Positions 21,028 through 31,135 of a stretch of DNA of 64,000 bases are shown piece by piece. The DNA is taken from positions 3,776,001 through 3,840,000 of the forward strand of contig OY829846.1 of assembly GCA_963691875.1 (NCBI GenBank). The letters are read 5' to 3'. Positions within the stretch are counted from its first letter, which is position 1. Every line of letters starts with the position of its first letter. The stretch is from Aureliella sp. (GTDB lineage Bacteria; Planctomycetota; Planctomycetia; Pirellulales; Pirellulaceae). The notes under the pieces were generated by a model that saw only the letters and a program-made list of their open reading frames with translations, was not told the DNA's origin and searched no databases. Both the position numbers and the translations under genes were made by a program.

Positions 21028-21984
21028 GTGGCTCAAGATTCCGTTTGCCTTTCCGACGTCAAAGCCGCCTATGAGCGAATTCGTGATCGAGTGAATCGAA
21101 CACCCTGCCTACTCTGCGAGCGTCTGTCTATAGAGTTGGATTGTGAGCTGTATTTCAAGGCTGAGAACTTGCAGCATATCGGAGCCTTCAAGGCACGCGG
21201 CGCGCTGAACGCCGTGCTGCAACTGAGTGAAGAGCAAGCGTCTCGTGGGGTGGTTACTCACTCTTCTGGTAATCACGCAGCAGCGCTGGCTCGAGCGGCC
21301 AAGATTCGCGGGATACCAGCTCACATCGTCATGCCTCACAATTCCGCCAAGACCAAAGTTGAAGCAGTACGCTCGCTCGGATTCGAACCCCAATTCTGCA
21401 AAACCGACACGCCTTCACGCGAAGCAGCTGCGGCTCGAGTCCAGGAAGAAACCGGAGCCAGCTTGGTCCATCCTTTTGACGACCCGCGCATTATTGCCGG
21501 GCAGGGGACGGTGGCTCTAGAAGTATTGGAACAAGTACCAAAGCTAGAGCAAGTTATCGCGCCGGTCGGTGGCGGTGGGCTGATGTCAGGCACTCTAGTT
21601 ACTTTGTCGGAGGCGCGGCCCAAAGTAGAAGTTTACGGGGCGGAGCCAGCATGGGCCGATGACGCCTACAGGAGCTTGAAGTCCGGAAAGATCGAACCGC
21701 CCGAACGCTATGACACCGTCGCGGACGGGCTGCGTACCTCACTGGGCAATTTAACCTTCCCGATCATTCAGTCCAAGCTACGCGAGATGCTGTTAGTCAC
21801 TGAGGAGCAAATTTTGCTCGCGCAACGCAAGATCGTCGAAAGGGCAAAACTCGTTGTCGAACCTTCGGCAGCGGTACCACTTGGGGCACTGATCAGCCAT
21901 CCGGATCGGTTTCGCGGAAAACGAGTCGTAGTCATTCTCTCCGGTGGCAACTTGGATTTTGGAAATTGCCAGCTAGGGAAGTAG
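21028..21984 (+). CDS. PLP-dependent serine/threonine dehydratase / serine-racemase-like enzyme (no ACT domain)
   Basis: KAENLQHIGAFKARG, SSGNHA, PVGGGGL, EPSAA, SGGNLD; GTG 21028 preferred as start. Confidence 0.88.
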   Translation: MAQDSVCLSDVKAAYERIRDRVNRTPCLLCERLSIELDCELYFKAENLQHIGAFKARGALNAVLQLSEEQASRGVVTHSSGNHAAALARAAKIRGIPAHIVMPHNSAKTKVEAVRSLGFEPQFCKTDTPSREAAAARVQEETGASLVHPFDDPRIIAGQGTVALEVLEQVPKLEQVIAPVGGGGLMSGTLVTLSEARPKVEVYGAEPAWADDAYRSLKSGKIEPPERYDTVADGLRTSLGNLTFPIIQSKLREMLLVTEEQILLAQRKIVERAKLVVEPSAAVPLGALISHPDRFRGKRVVVILSGGNLDFGNCQLGK

Positions 21985-22145
21985 CCTCTGGTAAATAACT
22001 ATAATCCCTGTTGCATTATATTGCTCTCTATCGTTTAACGCCGCGCGACTCCCTAGCCGAAAACGCCTGCTGGTCTCGCGTTGCGTTGAAGAAAAAAGGG
22101 AGCTTGATTCCATCCCCTCACCTAGTCCACCACGAGAGCTTTTTG

Positions 22146-22517
22146 TTAAAACCGACGCATGGATTCGACTGAGACTGATTTTTCTTCCAGTGACTCCTCC
22201 TGGATGTCTAAGTGTGCTTGCAATCGCTCGAGTGCAATCATCAGTTGATGCCACTGTACTAGTATCTCAAAGGTATCCAGTGTCTCACCGTCGTGGCGGT
22301 CAAACCCGACTTCGTTGATACGAATGTCGTTCCCAAGCACCATCACACCTTGAACAATCGTGACTTCGCTCTTTTCATCAGGAGTAAGACCGGCATCCTC
22401 GTAAACCGGGATGACTTGTTGTAGTGCCTTATGAACGACCCAAAGTGCAGCCTTTTCGCTGTCGTCGGCTGCGATAACAGTCTTTACATTGCCGCTTTGA
22501 ACGTAGAATTTTGCCAT
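22146..22517 (-). CDS. Hypothetical protein (MAKFYVQSG type)
   Basis: AGAAGGA RBS; coding-like composition; fills the intergenic space. Confidence 0.75.
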   Translation of the reverse strand: MAKFYVQSGNVKTVIAADDSEKAALWVVHKALQQVIPVYEDAGLTPDEKSEVTIVQGVMVLGNDIRINEVGFDRHDGETLDTFEILVQWHQLMIALERLQAHLDIQEESLEEKSVSVESMRRF

Positions 22518-23059
22518 GATTGAGCTTCCTTCTCAGGGGGTGATTTGAACGAAGTGCTGAAACTGAGTCTGGGAGTTGGCCGGGGAATCGGGGCGAACAC
22601 GTCCAGTTGCGGAGTCCTGGTTTGTAGGGGGCTTGGCTCGCCTCTCCTCCCCGGCAGTAATCGTTATCGCGGTCGAGCGGACAACTTAGGTCACGGCCGA
22701 AAAGAAAAGTCTGAGAATTTTGCTTCCGGGCCATTTCTCACTGGAATTCACTGGTTGAAATCGCGAAACTTACGGTGATCGCAAGGGTTGAACCTATCCA
22801 GCGTTTTTTCCAGAGTTCCAGCCCGCAACTGGAAGCAGGTGCCAGTACCGCGATCAACCTGCATAAATACCTCCCTAGTGCCCCACGAAATCGTTGAAAA
22901 GCCCCGAAAAAGAGTGGTTTTCGCACGTATTCTTACGGCGACCGCAGTGCCAATGCATGGAGAAGCGTTGGCGGCGAACTACTATGAACTAGCTGTGCGG
23001 AATCTGATTGCCAAGATTGGCCACGCTACCCCAACTAACCTAACTCCACGGAGAATTCG

Positions 23060-24823
23060 ATGACCTCCTGGCATCGTAAAAAAACTACAGGCCGAGCAGC
23101 AATCATCTCGGTAATTTTGATGGTTTTCCTTGGTGGTGGCGGATACGCGTATTACACCACGATTCCGTCTGACTCGGCTGAAAGCCAAGCGGAGCTCATC
23201 TTCGAAGAGGTCATGCGGGGACCGTTCGATCACATCGTCCGCGAGCAGGGCGAGGTGGAGAGTAGCAGCAACGTAGACATCAACTGCGAGGTCGAAACGC
23301 GCGGCTCAGGTGGAACCTCGATCCTTTGGGTGATCGAAGAGGGAGCCTATGTGAAGCAGGGCGACAAGCTGGTCGAGCTGGACTCTTCGTCGCTTGAGAA
23401 CGAAGTCACTTCTCAGCGAATCAGTGTTTCAAGTGCTGAGGCGACTGTCATCAGCTCCCAAGCTGCTGTGAAGACCGCTCAGATATCTCTTCAGGAGTAT
23501 TTAGAAGGCACTTACCTGTCCGAGCGAAAAACACTGCTCAGCGAAGTAGCGTTGTCTCAGCAAGAGTTGCGCAAAGCGGAACTGATGCTCGAGAGCGCTG
23601 AGCGCATGGCAGCGAAGGGCATGATCAAGGGCCTACAGATTGAGGCTGAAGAGTTCGCCGTCATCAATGCGAAGAACAAGCTAGATGCGGCCAATGCAAA
23701 ACTCAAAGTCCTGGACGAGCTAACCAAAGAAAAGAACAAAGTTCAGTTTGAGAGCGACATTGAAGCTGCAAAAGCAAAACTCAAGTCGGACGAAAGTGTA
23801 CTCGCCGAAGAAAAGACCAAGTTAGCAGAGATTGAAGATCAAATTGCCAAGTGTGTGATCTACTCGCCCGACGAGGGCGTTGTGGTTTACAACAACAAAT
23901 TCAGTAGCCGTGGTGGTGCTGAATTCGTGGTGGAAGAAGGCGCCAGCGTTCGCGAACGACAAACTATCCTGAAGCTGCCTGACCCGACCAAGATGCAAGT
24001 CAAAGCGGACGTAAATGAGTCTCGGATTACTTTGATTGCTCAAGGAATGGCCGCCAAAGTGAAGGTTGGGGCGGTACCGGGAGAGATGCTGGCTCAGGTG
24101 GTTCGCGTCAATAAATATGCTGAACCCGGCAGCTGGTTTAACAAATCAGTTAAAGAGTACGCCACCTACATTGAGATTATTAATCCACCGGAGACGATCC
24201 GCACTGGTATGACAGCAGAAGTCAATATCTTCGTTTCTCAGATTCCTGATGCGTTACAGATTCCGGTTCATGGTGTGTACGAATTTAAGGGGCATCACTT
24301 CTGCTTGAAGGAAGGTAGTGGCGATAAGCCCTGGGAGACGCCTGAGATCAAGATTGGTGCGACTAACGATGCAATGGTAACGATCGAAAGCGGCTTGGAA
24401 GAAGGCGACCGCATCGTCCTCAATCCACGAAAGCACCTTGATCTGATGGAGTTCCCTGAGGTGGAAGACGTAACTGATCGTGAGCAGCTTCGTGAAATCG
24501 GAAAAGACGCAGGAAAGCCTGGTGCTCCAGACCCTAATGCAAGTGCAGTTGATCCTCGGACGCAACAGATGGTCGACGGTATGTTCCAGAAGTATGACAC
24601 CAACGGTGATGGCAAAGTGGATCCGGAAGAAATGGGCAAGCTGGAAGAACGCACCAAGGGTTTCCTCTCCAGAGCCGACTCCAATAAGGACGGCACTATC
24701 GAGAAGGCGGAGGCGATCAAAGCGATGGGCGCCATGATGAAAGGCGCCGGCGGCGGTGGCCGAGGCGGTGCTGGTGGAGGAGGACGACCAGGTGGCGGTG
24801 GTGGCCGCGGCGGACCTCGATAA
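23060..24823 (+). CDS. Efflux periplasmic adaptor (MacA-like) with C-terminal EF-hand pair and Gly/Arg tail
   Basis: N-terminal TM; EGAYVKQGDKLVELD, long coiled coil, SPDEGVVVY, RTGMTAEV; EF loops DTNGDGKVDPEE and DSNKDGTIEKAE. Confidence 0.9.
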   Translation: MTSWHRKKTTGRAAIISVILMVFLGGGGYAYYTTIPSDSAESQAELIFEEVMRGPFDHIVREQGEVESSSNVDINCEVETRGSGGTSILWVIEEGAYVKQGDKLVELDSSSLENEVTSQRISVSSAEATVISSQAAVKTAQISLQEYLEGTYLSERKTLLSEVALSQQELRKAELMLESAERMAAKGMIKGLQIEAEEFAVINAKNKLDAANAKLKVLDELTKEKNKVQFESDIEAAKAKLKSDESVLAEEKTKLAEIEDQIAKCVIYSPDEGVVVYNNKFSSRGGAEFVVEEGASVRERQTILKLPDPTKMQVKADVNESRITLIAQGMAAKVKVGAVPGEMLAQVVRVNKYAEPGSWFNKSVKEYATYIEIINPPETIRTGMTAEVNIFVSQIPDALQIPVHGVYEFKGHHFCLKEGSGDKPWETPEIKIGATNDAMVTIESGLEEGDRIVLNPRKHLDLMEFPEVEDVTDREQLREIGKDAGKPGAPDPNASAVDPRTQQMVDGMFQKYDTNGDGKVDPEEMGKLEERTKGFLSRADSNKDGTIEKAEAIKAMGAMMKGAGGGGRGGAGGGGRPGGGGGRGGPR

Positions 24824-24863
24824 CAACCAAGAGAAGCTAGATTGCCCCTCCCTACTGTGATGA

Positions 24864-25610
24864 ATGATGCACGCCTGTACCATCCGAGAACTTACCAAAG
24901 AGTATGTACTGAAAAGCGAAACTGTCCGCGCTTTGCGCGGCGTTTCCTTTAACGTTCCTGAAGGTGACTATGTCGCGATCATGGGCCCTTCCGGTTCAGG
25001 AAAGAGTACTCTTCTGAACTTACTCGGCTGTTTGGATCAGCCGACCAACGGCCAGTTGCTCTTGGGCGAGGATGACGTCGCCACAATGACAGACGATCAA
25101 CTGGCTGAGATTCGCTCCCGTAGAATTGGCTTTGTCTTTCAGTCCTACAATCTAATTCAACAGCTAACAGTCGTCGAGAACATCCAAGTGCCCCTGTACT
25201 ACCAAGGGCGGCTGGGAGTTCGAGAACGCGATCGCTGTATTGAATTGGCGCACCGCGTGGGACTTGGCGATCGCTTGGATCACCGGCCTGCCCAGCTTTC
25301 TGGTGGTCAGCAGCAACGTGTGGCGATCGCTCGCAGTTTGGTCAATGACCCCTATTTTGTGCTCGCCGACGAAGCGACGGGTAACTTGGACTCGAAAACA
25401 ACCAACGAGATCCTGGCTTTGTTCGACGAGCTTAATAACGAAGGCCGAACAATCATTATGGTTACGCACGAAGACGAAGTCGCCGAACGAGCAAAACGAG
25501 TCGTGCGGCTTCGCGACGGCTTACTACAATCCGATGTAACAAATTCAGAAGAATCGCGCAAGGCCGCAGCTCAGCGAGCTCTCGAGCTTCTTCCCGCTGG
25601 TGACGGATAG
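24864..25610 (+). CDS. ABC transporter ATPase (MacB/LolD type)
   Basis: GPSGSGKST, GFVFQSYNL, LSGGQQQRVAIAR, ADEATGNLD, VTHE. Confidence 0.95.
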   Translation: MMHACTIRELTKEYVLKSETVRALRGVSFNVPEGDYVAIMGPSGSGKSTLLNLLGCLDQPTNGQLLLGEDDVATMTDDQLAEIRSRRIGFVFQSYNLIQQLTVVENIQVPLYYQGRLGVRERDRCIELAHRVGLGDRLDHRPAQLSGGQQQRVAIARSLVNDPYFVLADEATGNLDSKTTNEILALFDELNNEGRTIIMVTHEDEVAERAKRVVRLRDGLLQSDVTNSEESRKAAAQRALELLPAGDG

Positions 25611-25622
25611 GCTAATTGATTC

Positions 25623-26936
25623 ATGCTTTGGATGCGAACCCTAGGGCTAGGGATCAAAAGCCTGCTGCTCCACCCGCTCCGATCTTTTCTTACGGTATTG
25701 GGTATCTTGATCGGCGTGGCGAGTGTTATTTGCTTGCTCGCCATCAGTGAGGGAATCAGTAATGAGGCTCAGCGGCAGATCGCCAGCTTGGGCGCCGATA
25801 CAATCATGGTGCGTTCGGTGCCGCCGCCGACAGACAAACTGGCTCAGAGTGGCATCACGCCCTATGGCTTGAAGCGCGCAGAGTTCGACATGCTGTTGCA
25901 AACGGTGCCGACCATTCGCAGCGCCATTCCGATTCGTGAAATCAAGCGGACCTTCAAGTTCGCAGACCGCACCGTAGAAGGTCGATTGGTTGGCTGTACG
26001 CCCGAATATGCTGACACCACACGTTTGACCGTGGATCGTGGTCACTTTATTACCGATGCAGAGAATTTCCAACGTGCATCGGTTTGTGTGCTAGCGTCTG
26101 AAGTCGCCGCAACGCTATTCCCTTACGAAGACCCGATCGGAAAAAGCGTTTACCTACCCGAGCACACGGACTTCTACCAAGTGGTCGGGGTGCTCGAGTT
26201 TCGCAATGACTCGGCCGCCATTGGTGGCTCGATGGAAGCCCAAAGTTTTAAGGACGATATCTACATCCCGATCAAGACCTTGCAGCAGCGTATCGGCGAC
26301 ACTGTCGTCCGTCGGGCTGTTGGTTCCTTTAGCGGTGAAGAAATCCAGCTGAATCAAATTACCCTAACGGTTCGAGATGTAGAGGATGTGAAGTCTACAG
26401 CAGCGCTTGTGGAAGATGCTCTCAAGAGCCACGACGACATGGAAGATATCTCCGTCGTCGTTCCGCTTGAGCTGATCGAACAAGCCAAGCAACAAAGACG
26501 ATTGTTCCTAGTGCTCGCCGCAATTATCGCTGCTGTTTCGTTGTTAGTCGGCGGAATTGGCATTATGAACATCATGCTCGCCACAGTCACCGAACGGACT
26601 CGTGAAATCGGGATTCGCCGCGCCCTTGGAGCCAAGCAACGCGACATCATTTCTCAGTTCCTGGTTGAAGCAGGCGTACTTAGCGTGGTGGGAGGTGCGA
26701 TCGGAATTGTGATTGGCATCTCCTGCGTGCCACTTTTCGTCTGGCTACGAAAATTTGCTGCGGAGAACTACCCCGAGTCGCTTCCTGAGGTGATCAGCAA
26801 TGTGACGCCTGCGATCGTCCCACTCTCGATTCCAGTTTCGTTCTTGGTGTCGCTGGTCGTGGGAGTCGTGTTCGGACTCTTCCCCGCCATCCGCGCCGCA
26901 CAGATGAATCCAATCGAAGCCTTGCGGCACGAGTAG
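25623..26936 (+). CDS. MacB/FtsX-type ABC permease
   Basis: RSFLTVLGILIGV, GGIGIMNIMLATVTERTREIGIRRALGA, PIEALRHE. Confidence 0.95.
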   Translation: MLWMRTLGLGIKSLLLHPLRSFLTVLGILIGVASVICLLAISEGISNEAQRQIASLGADTIMVRSVPPPTDKLAQSGITPYGLKRAEFDMLLQTVPTIRSAIPIREIKRTFKFADRTVEGRLVGCTPEYADTTRLTVDRGHFITDAENFQRASVCVLASEVAATLFPYEDPIGKSVYLPEHTDFYQVVGVLEFRNDSAAIGGSMEAQSFKDDIYIPIKTLQQRIGDTVVRRAVGSFSGEEIQLNQITLTVRDVEDVKSTAALVEDALKSHDDMEDISVVVPLELIEQAKQQRRLFLVLAAIIAAVSLLVGGIGIMNIMLATVTERTREIGIRRALGAKQRDIISQFLVEAGVLSVVGGAIGIVIGISCVPLFVWLRKFAAENYPESLPEVISNVTPAIVPLSIPVSFLVSLVVGVVFGLFPAIRAAQMNPIEALRHE

Positions 26937-27052
26937 GAATCTTAGAGCAAAAAATTTCGCATCCTGCTCACGCATTCGCATAAGCAGCTTGTCATCCCGC
27001 GTTTGCTGATGCCTTGTTCGAGTACCGTGTCGCTCGGCTTGATCCAAGCAAA

Positions 27053-29401
27053 TCAGTAAATCAAATATTTCAATCTTCGAGCTTGAAACAAATGCAGTCC
27101 AGCGCGCGCGTTATCCATGAGGCTATCGAAGTGCACGCCGGACTTGAGCAAGTCCAGCATTTTCTGATTGCCAAGCAACCGCAAATAGCGGTCCACTTCC
27201 CAGTCATCAGGATAGAGCTTTCGCAAAGTCGTTGCGATGGCGAAGCCAGTTCGAAGTGGCTGTAACGCCTGCCGATCGGTGATCAAGATATTGATACCCT
27301 GGCATTTTTCCTCTACAAACACACTGGCCTCAGGAGTAAACATCCGCGGCACAAAACGAACTCCCGGCAGATTAAGGCCGTTGAGTTTACGACTTAGCTG
27401 CTGAGCATTGATCCAGGGTGCACCAAAGATCTCAAAAGGTGTATCAGTGCCACGCCCCACGGACAAGTTCGTTGTTTCGAGCAATCCGATGCCAGGATAG
27501 AGCAGAGCTTGATTGAGGTTTCGCATGTTGGGAGAGGGATTCACCCACAGCAATCTAGTCTCATCGTAGAGCTGTCCACGCATCCAGTTCTCCACGGGAA
27601 CCACAGTCAGCTTCAGCTCCTTCAGCCCACGCTCTTGCTGGAACATTTTGGCCAGCTCACCGACGGTCATGCCATGGCGAACCGGCAAAGAGTGAAAGCC
27701 CACGAAGGAAAATTTGTCTTCATCCATCATAGGACCGCTCACTACCTCGCCGCCAATGGGGTTGGGGCGGTCAAGCACGATGAATTCTTTGCCCGCCTTG
27801 GTAGCCGCCTCCATTGCCAGTCCCATGGTCGAAATGTACGTGTAGAAACGAGCGCCGATGTCTTGAATATCGAAGACAAGACAGTCAACTTGTTGCATCT
27901 GCTCTGGCGTTGGCTTGCGAGACTTGCCGTATAAGCTGAAGACCTTCAAGCCTGTTGCGTTTTCCTCCGAATCTCCGATCTCAGGAATATCCAGCTTGCC
28001 AGCTAAACCATGCTCGGGACTAAAAATTGCCGTCAAATTGACATTTGGTGCCTTGTGCAGCAAAGGCACGATCCACTGGCCTTGAGAATCAAGCGCCGTA
28101 TGATTTGTGATCAAGCCGACTCGCTGTCCTTTCAAAGCTGCGAAGTCGCTTTCTAGCAGGCCATCCAGTCCCGTTTTCACTGGCTTTCCCGCTTCGGCTG
28201 GCCCACCTTCGTCGTTAGGAAAAGAGTCAATGGCTGAGGCGACGACGCTACCTATTCGACCCGCCAAATGATTGACCGAGCCCTTGCCGTTAGGATGCAC
28301 TCTATTGCTCAAAAAAATATAGAACAGATCTAGTTCCGGATCGACCCACAAAACCGTTCCGGTGAATCCACCGTGGCCGAATGCGCTTTCGCTGAGCAAT
28401 TCTCCGCGATTGGACGAATAGCGTGTAGCCTTATCCCAGCCCAGCCCGCGAGTACCGCCGTTGACCGTGTAAGCCTTTGTCATCATTTGAACCGTGGCTT
28501 CGCTGAGAATGCGTTCCCCCTGGTACTTGCCACCGCCGATCATCATCTGCGCATAGACTGCCAAGTCTTCTGCCGTTGAGAATAAGCCTGCATGGCCCGC
28601 GATTCCGTCGAGCTCATAAGCTCGTGGATCGTGAACTTGCCCACGAATCCACTCACCGTCTCTTTGTTCGGTCACAGCACAGCGTGCTTGCAGGGACTCA
28701 GCCGGAACATAACCCGTTTCGGTCATGCCTAACGGACCGAAGACGTGCTCCTGCGAAAATTCGTGCACGTTCTTGCCACTGAGCTTCTCGACAAGATCTG
28801 CCAAGAGAAGGAAACCAACATCTGTGTACACAAACTTACTCCCGGGATCGACATAGGTCTCCAGGTTGTAGATTCGTTCGAAAGCTTTCTGCTTTCCGTC
28901 GTAGTAGTCCTTCAAGGCATTGTCAGGAATCAATCCTCCCTGGTGCGTTAGTAGTTGAAGTACGGTGATCTGATCTTTGCCATTTACTCCGAATTCCGGA
29001 ATGAGATCGGCAACTCGGTCTCGCAAGCGAATCTTGCCTTGCTCAAGCAGAACCATCACGCTGGTCGCCGTGGCAACGGGCTTGGTAATCGAAGCCATGT
29101 CAAATACGGTTTCAGTTTGCATCGGCTCAGGCTCGGGGAACAAGCGCCGATTGCCATAGGCCTTGAGCATCACGAGCTTACCGCGATGCCCGACGGCGAC
29201 GACACAACCAGGCATTTTCTTCGCGGCGATGCCTTCCGCGACAAGCTTATCGATTTCGGCCAGATGTTGGGAACTCATACCAACTTCTTCCGGCGCAGCT
29301 CGCGGCAGATGCTGTGCATGCCCCAAACTAGGCAGCCCCACCGTTGATGCGCAAAAGCCTATGGACAAGGAAACCAAAATGAAAAAACTCTTGAGGCTCA
29401 T
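27053..29401 (-). CDS. Secreted fusion: beta-lactamase-fold serine hydrolase (AmiE-like) + DUF1343/NamZ exo-beta-N-acetylmuramidase-like domain
   Basis: Signal peptide; SxxK (ASITK), YTD, GHAGLFST, HGGFTG; then VGLITNHT, SPEHG, DIQDIGARFYTYI, DRPNP, RHGMT, PSPNM, SVGRGT. Confidence 0.88.
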   Translation of the reverse strand: MSLKSFFILVSLSIGFCASTVGLPSLGHAQHLPRAAPEEVGMSSQHLAEIDKLVAEGIAAKKMPGCVVAVGHRGKLVMLKAYGNRRLFPEPEPMQTETVFDMASITKPVATATSVMVLLEQGKIRLRDRVADLIPEFGVNGKDQITVLQLLTHQGGLIPDNALKDYYDGKQKAFERIYNLETYVDPGSKFVYTDVGFLLLADLVEKLSGKNVHEFSQEHVFGPLGMTETGYVPAESLQARCAVTEQRDGEWIRGQVHDPRAYELDGIAGHAGLFSTAEDLAVYAQMMIGGGKYQGERILSEATVQMMTKAYTVNGGTRGLGWDKATRYSSNRGELLSESAFGHGGFTGTVLWVDPELDLFYIFLSNRVHPNGKGSVNHLAGRIGSVVASAIDSFPNDEGGPAEAGKPVKTGLDGLLESDFAALKGQRVGLITNHTALDSQGQWIVPLLHKAPNVNLTAIFSPEHGLAGKLDIPEIGDSEENATGLKVFSLYGKSRKPTPEQMQQVDCLVFDIQDIGARFYTYISTMGLAMEAATKAGKEFIVLDRPNPIGGEVVSGPMMDEDKFSFVGFHSLPVRHGMTVGELAKMFQQERGLKELKLTVVPVENWMRGQLYDETRLLWVNPSPNMRNLNQALLYPGIGLLETTNLSVGRGTDTPFEIFGAPWINAQQLSRKLNGLNLPGVRFVPRMFTPEASVFVEEKCQGINILITDRQALQPLRTGFAIATTLRKLYPDDWEVDRYLRLLGNQKMLDLLKSGVHFDSLMDNARAGLHLFQARRLKYLIY

Positions 29402-30876
29402 GAGTGAGTCTTTGAAGGCAATAGGGAATTGAAGATTGAAGCGACGATGACCGTGCTGCTAGAGCCAATGAACGCATACCAAGGCCAAGCAATGTTGAGG
29501 TCGAAGATTGGTAAAAGCAGTTTAATTATGAGTAGCAAGCATGCAGAAAAAATTAGTCCTGCTATCGCACCGATTTCACCGCAGCGAGGGTTTAGTTTTG
29601 AGAGTGCAAACAACCCTAACAGCAAGCCGACGGTCATTCCCGCGATTCCCAGCACTTCATTGATGACACTTCTTGTCGCGAAGGACGCAAGATACGCTAT
29701 GATCATCTGAACGATGCCAAAACAAGCTGTCAGGATCCGACTCCACCGCAGAGATGAAGCTGCAGTTCGATCTTTTTGCGGAAACAGATCAGTCACGACG
29801 ACTGCCGCTGATGAGTTGAACGAGCTGGACAAAGTCGACATCGCAGCGGCAAAGACGCCGGCAAGCACAAAGCCGATGAGCCCTATGCCAGCTGGCAACT
29901 CATTCACAATGAAGTGTGGCAAGACACGATCGGTTTTCATTTCGGCTACGGCTCGACCTGCTTCTTCGAAGTACTGATAGAAGGCAGCTAGAGCAATTCC
30001 AAGAAACATAAAGAAAGCAAACTGCAAGGCGACGATAAAGCCGCTGGTAATTAAAGCCACCGAAGCATCACGTTGCGACTTGGCCGATAAATAACGCTGC
30101 ACCAACATCTGATCGACGCCATGTGTTCCAAGCGTCAAGAATACCCCACCCACCAGACCTGCCCACAAGGTATTTGCTTTGGTGTAGTCGAAGGCGAGAT
30201 CAAGGAGCTGAAAGCGACTGGTTTCCCTACCGAATTCAATCACGGATGCAAAACCACTTGGTAGCCTACCAGTAATGACAAGTAGAATCACGACTCCACC
30301 AGCCAGATAGACTAGAAGTTGCAAACAGTCATTCCAAATGACCGCTTTCATCCCGCCGACCAAGGTGTAAGCGATGGTTAAGATGCCAATCGCAACAATA
30401 CTCACACCCAGGGACATGTCGAACATGGTTTGCAGCACCAAAGCTGTAAGAAATAGTCGCAGTGCATCACCAAAATTTCTCGCTATCAGAAAAATGACAG
30501 AAGCCACCTGTTGTGTCACTTTGCCAAAACGTTGCTCAAGCAACTCGTAGGCGGAGAACACTTTGCCTTGAAAATAACCCGGCAGCAGTACCAGCGTCAC
30601 GAGGAATCGGCCAATGATGTAACCGATAGTGAGCTGCATGAAAGTCATGTTGCCGCCCTGGGCAAAGGTCCAGCCAGGGACGGAAAGAAAGGTGACGGTG
30701 CTGGTTTCCGTCGCAACGATCGAACCGAGGACTCCCCACCAAGGCAGATCGCGTCCACCGAGCAGATACGAATTCAGATCCTTCGAGCCCTTGCCCACCC
30801 AAAACCCCAGGGCAACAACCAGAGCCAGGTACGCGACAAATACCAACAGGTCGACAAGTTCGATCGGCACGTTCAA
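29398..30876 (-). CDS. Sodium:solute symporter (SSS family)
   Basis: YLLGGRDLPWW, SIVATETS, GGMKAVIWND, DQMLVQRYL, AAAMSTLSSS; stop overlaps the next ATG (ATGA). Confidence 0.93.
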   Translation of the reverse strand: MNVPIELVDLLVFVAYLALVVALGFWVGKGSKDLNSYLLGGRDLPWWGVLGSIVATETSTVTFLSVPGWTFAQGGNMTFMQLTIGYIIGRFLVTLVLLPGYFQGKVFSAYELLEQRFGKVTQQVASVIFLIARNFGDALRLFLTALVLQTMFDMSLGVSIVAIGILTIAYTLVGGMKAVIWNDCLQLLVYLAGGVVILLVITGRLPSGFASVIEFGRETSRFQLLDLAFDYTKANTLWAGLVGGVFLTLGTHGVDQMLVQRYLSAKSQRDASVALITSGFIVALQFAFFMFLGIALAAFYQYFEEAGRAVAEMKTDRVLPHFIVNELPAGIGLIGFVLAGVFAAAMSTLSSSFNSSAAVVVTDLFPQKDRTAASSLRWSRILTACFGIVQMIIAYLASFATRSVINEVLGIAGMTVGLLLGLFALSKLNPRCGEIGAIAGLIFSACLLLIIKLLLPIFDLNIAWPWYAFIGSSSTVIVASIFNSLLPSKTHS

Positions 30877-31135
30877 AATGAGGCTCTGGAGAGAAGAAAA
30901 AATTGTTTAACGACCAGCCGCAGACTCCGTCTTGCTTTGGATGGATCGGATTTCGATTCAGTGACGGGCTGTAGCTGAGCTCGGCAGGCGCTTCGGCATT
31001 TTCCCGAAGACCGAACGACGCTCAGAAAACCAAGCCGAAAGCCTCCGCTTTTCGCTATCGGACTGCCCCTCCTCAGTTTAGCCGATCTCTAGCTCTAGTT
31101 TTGCATTCCCCACACGTACCGAATCGAGAATCTTC

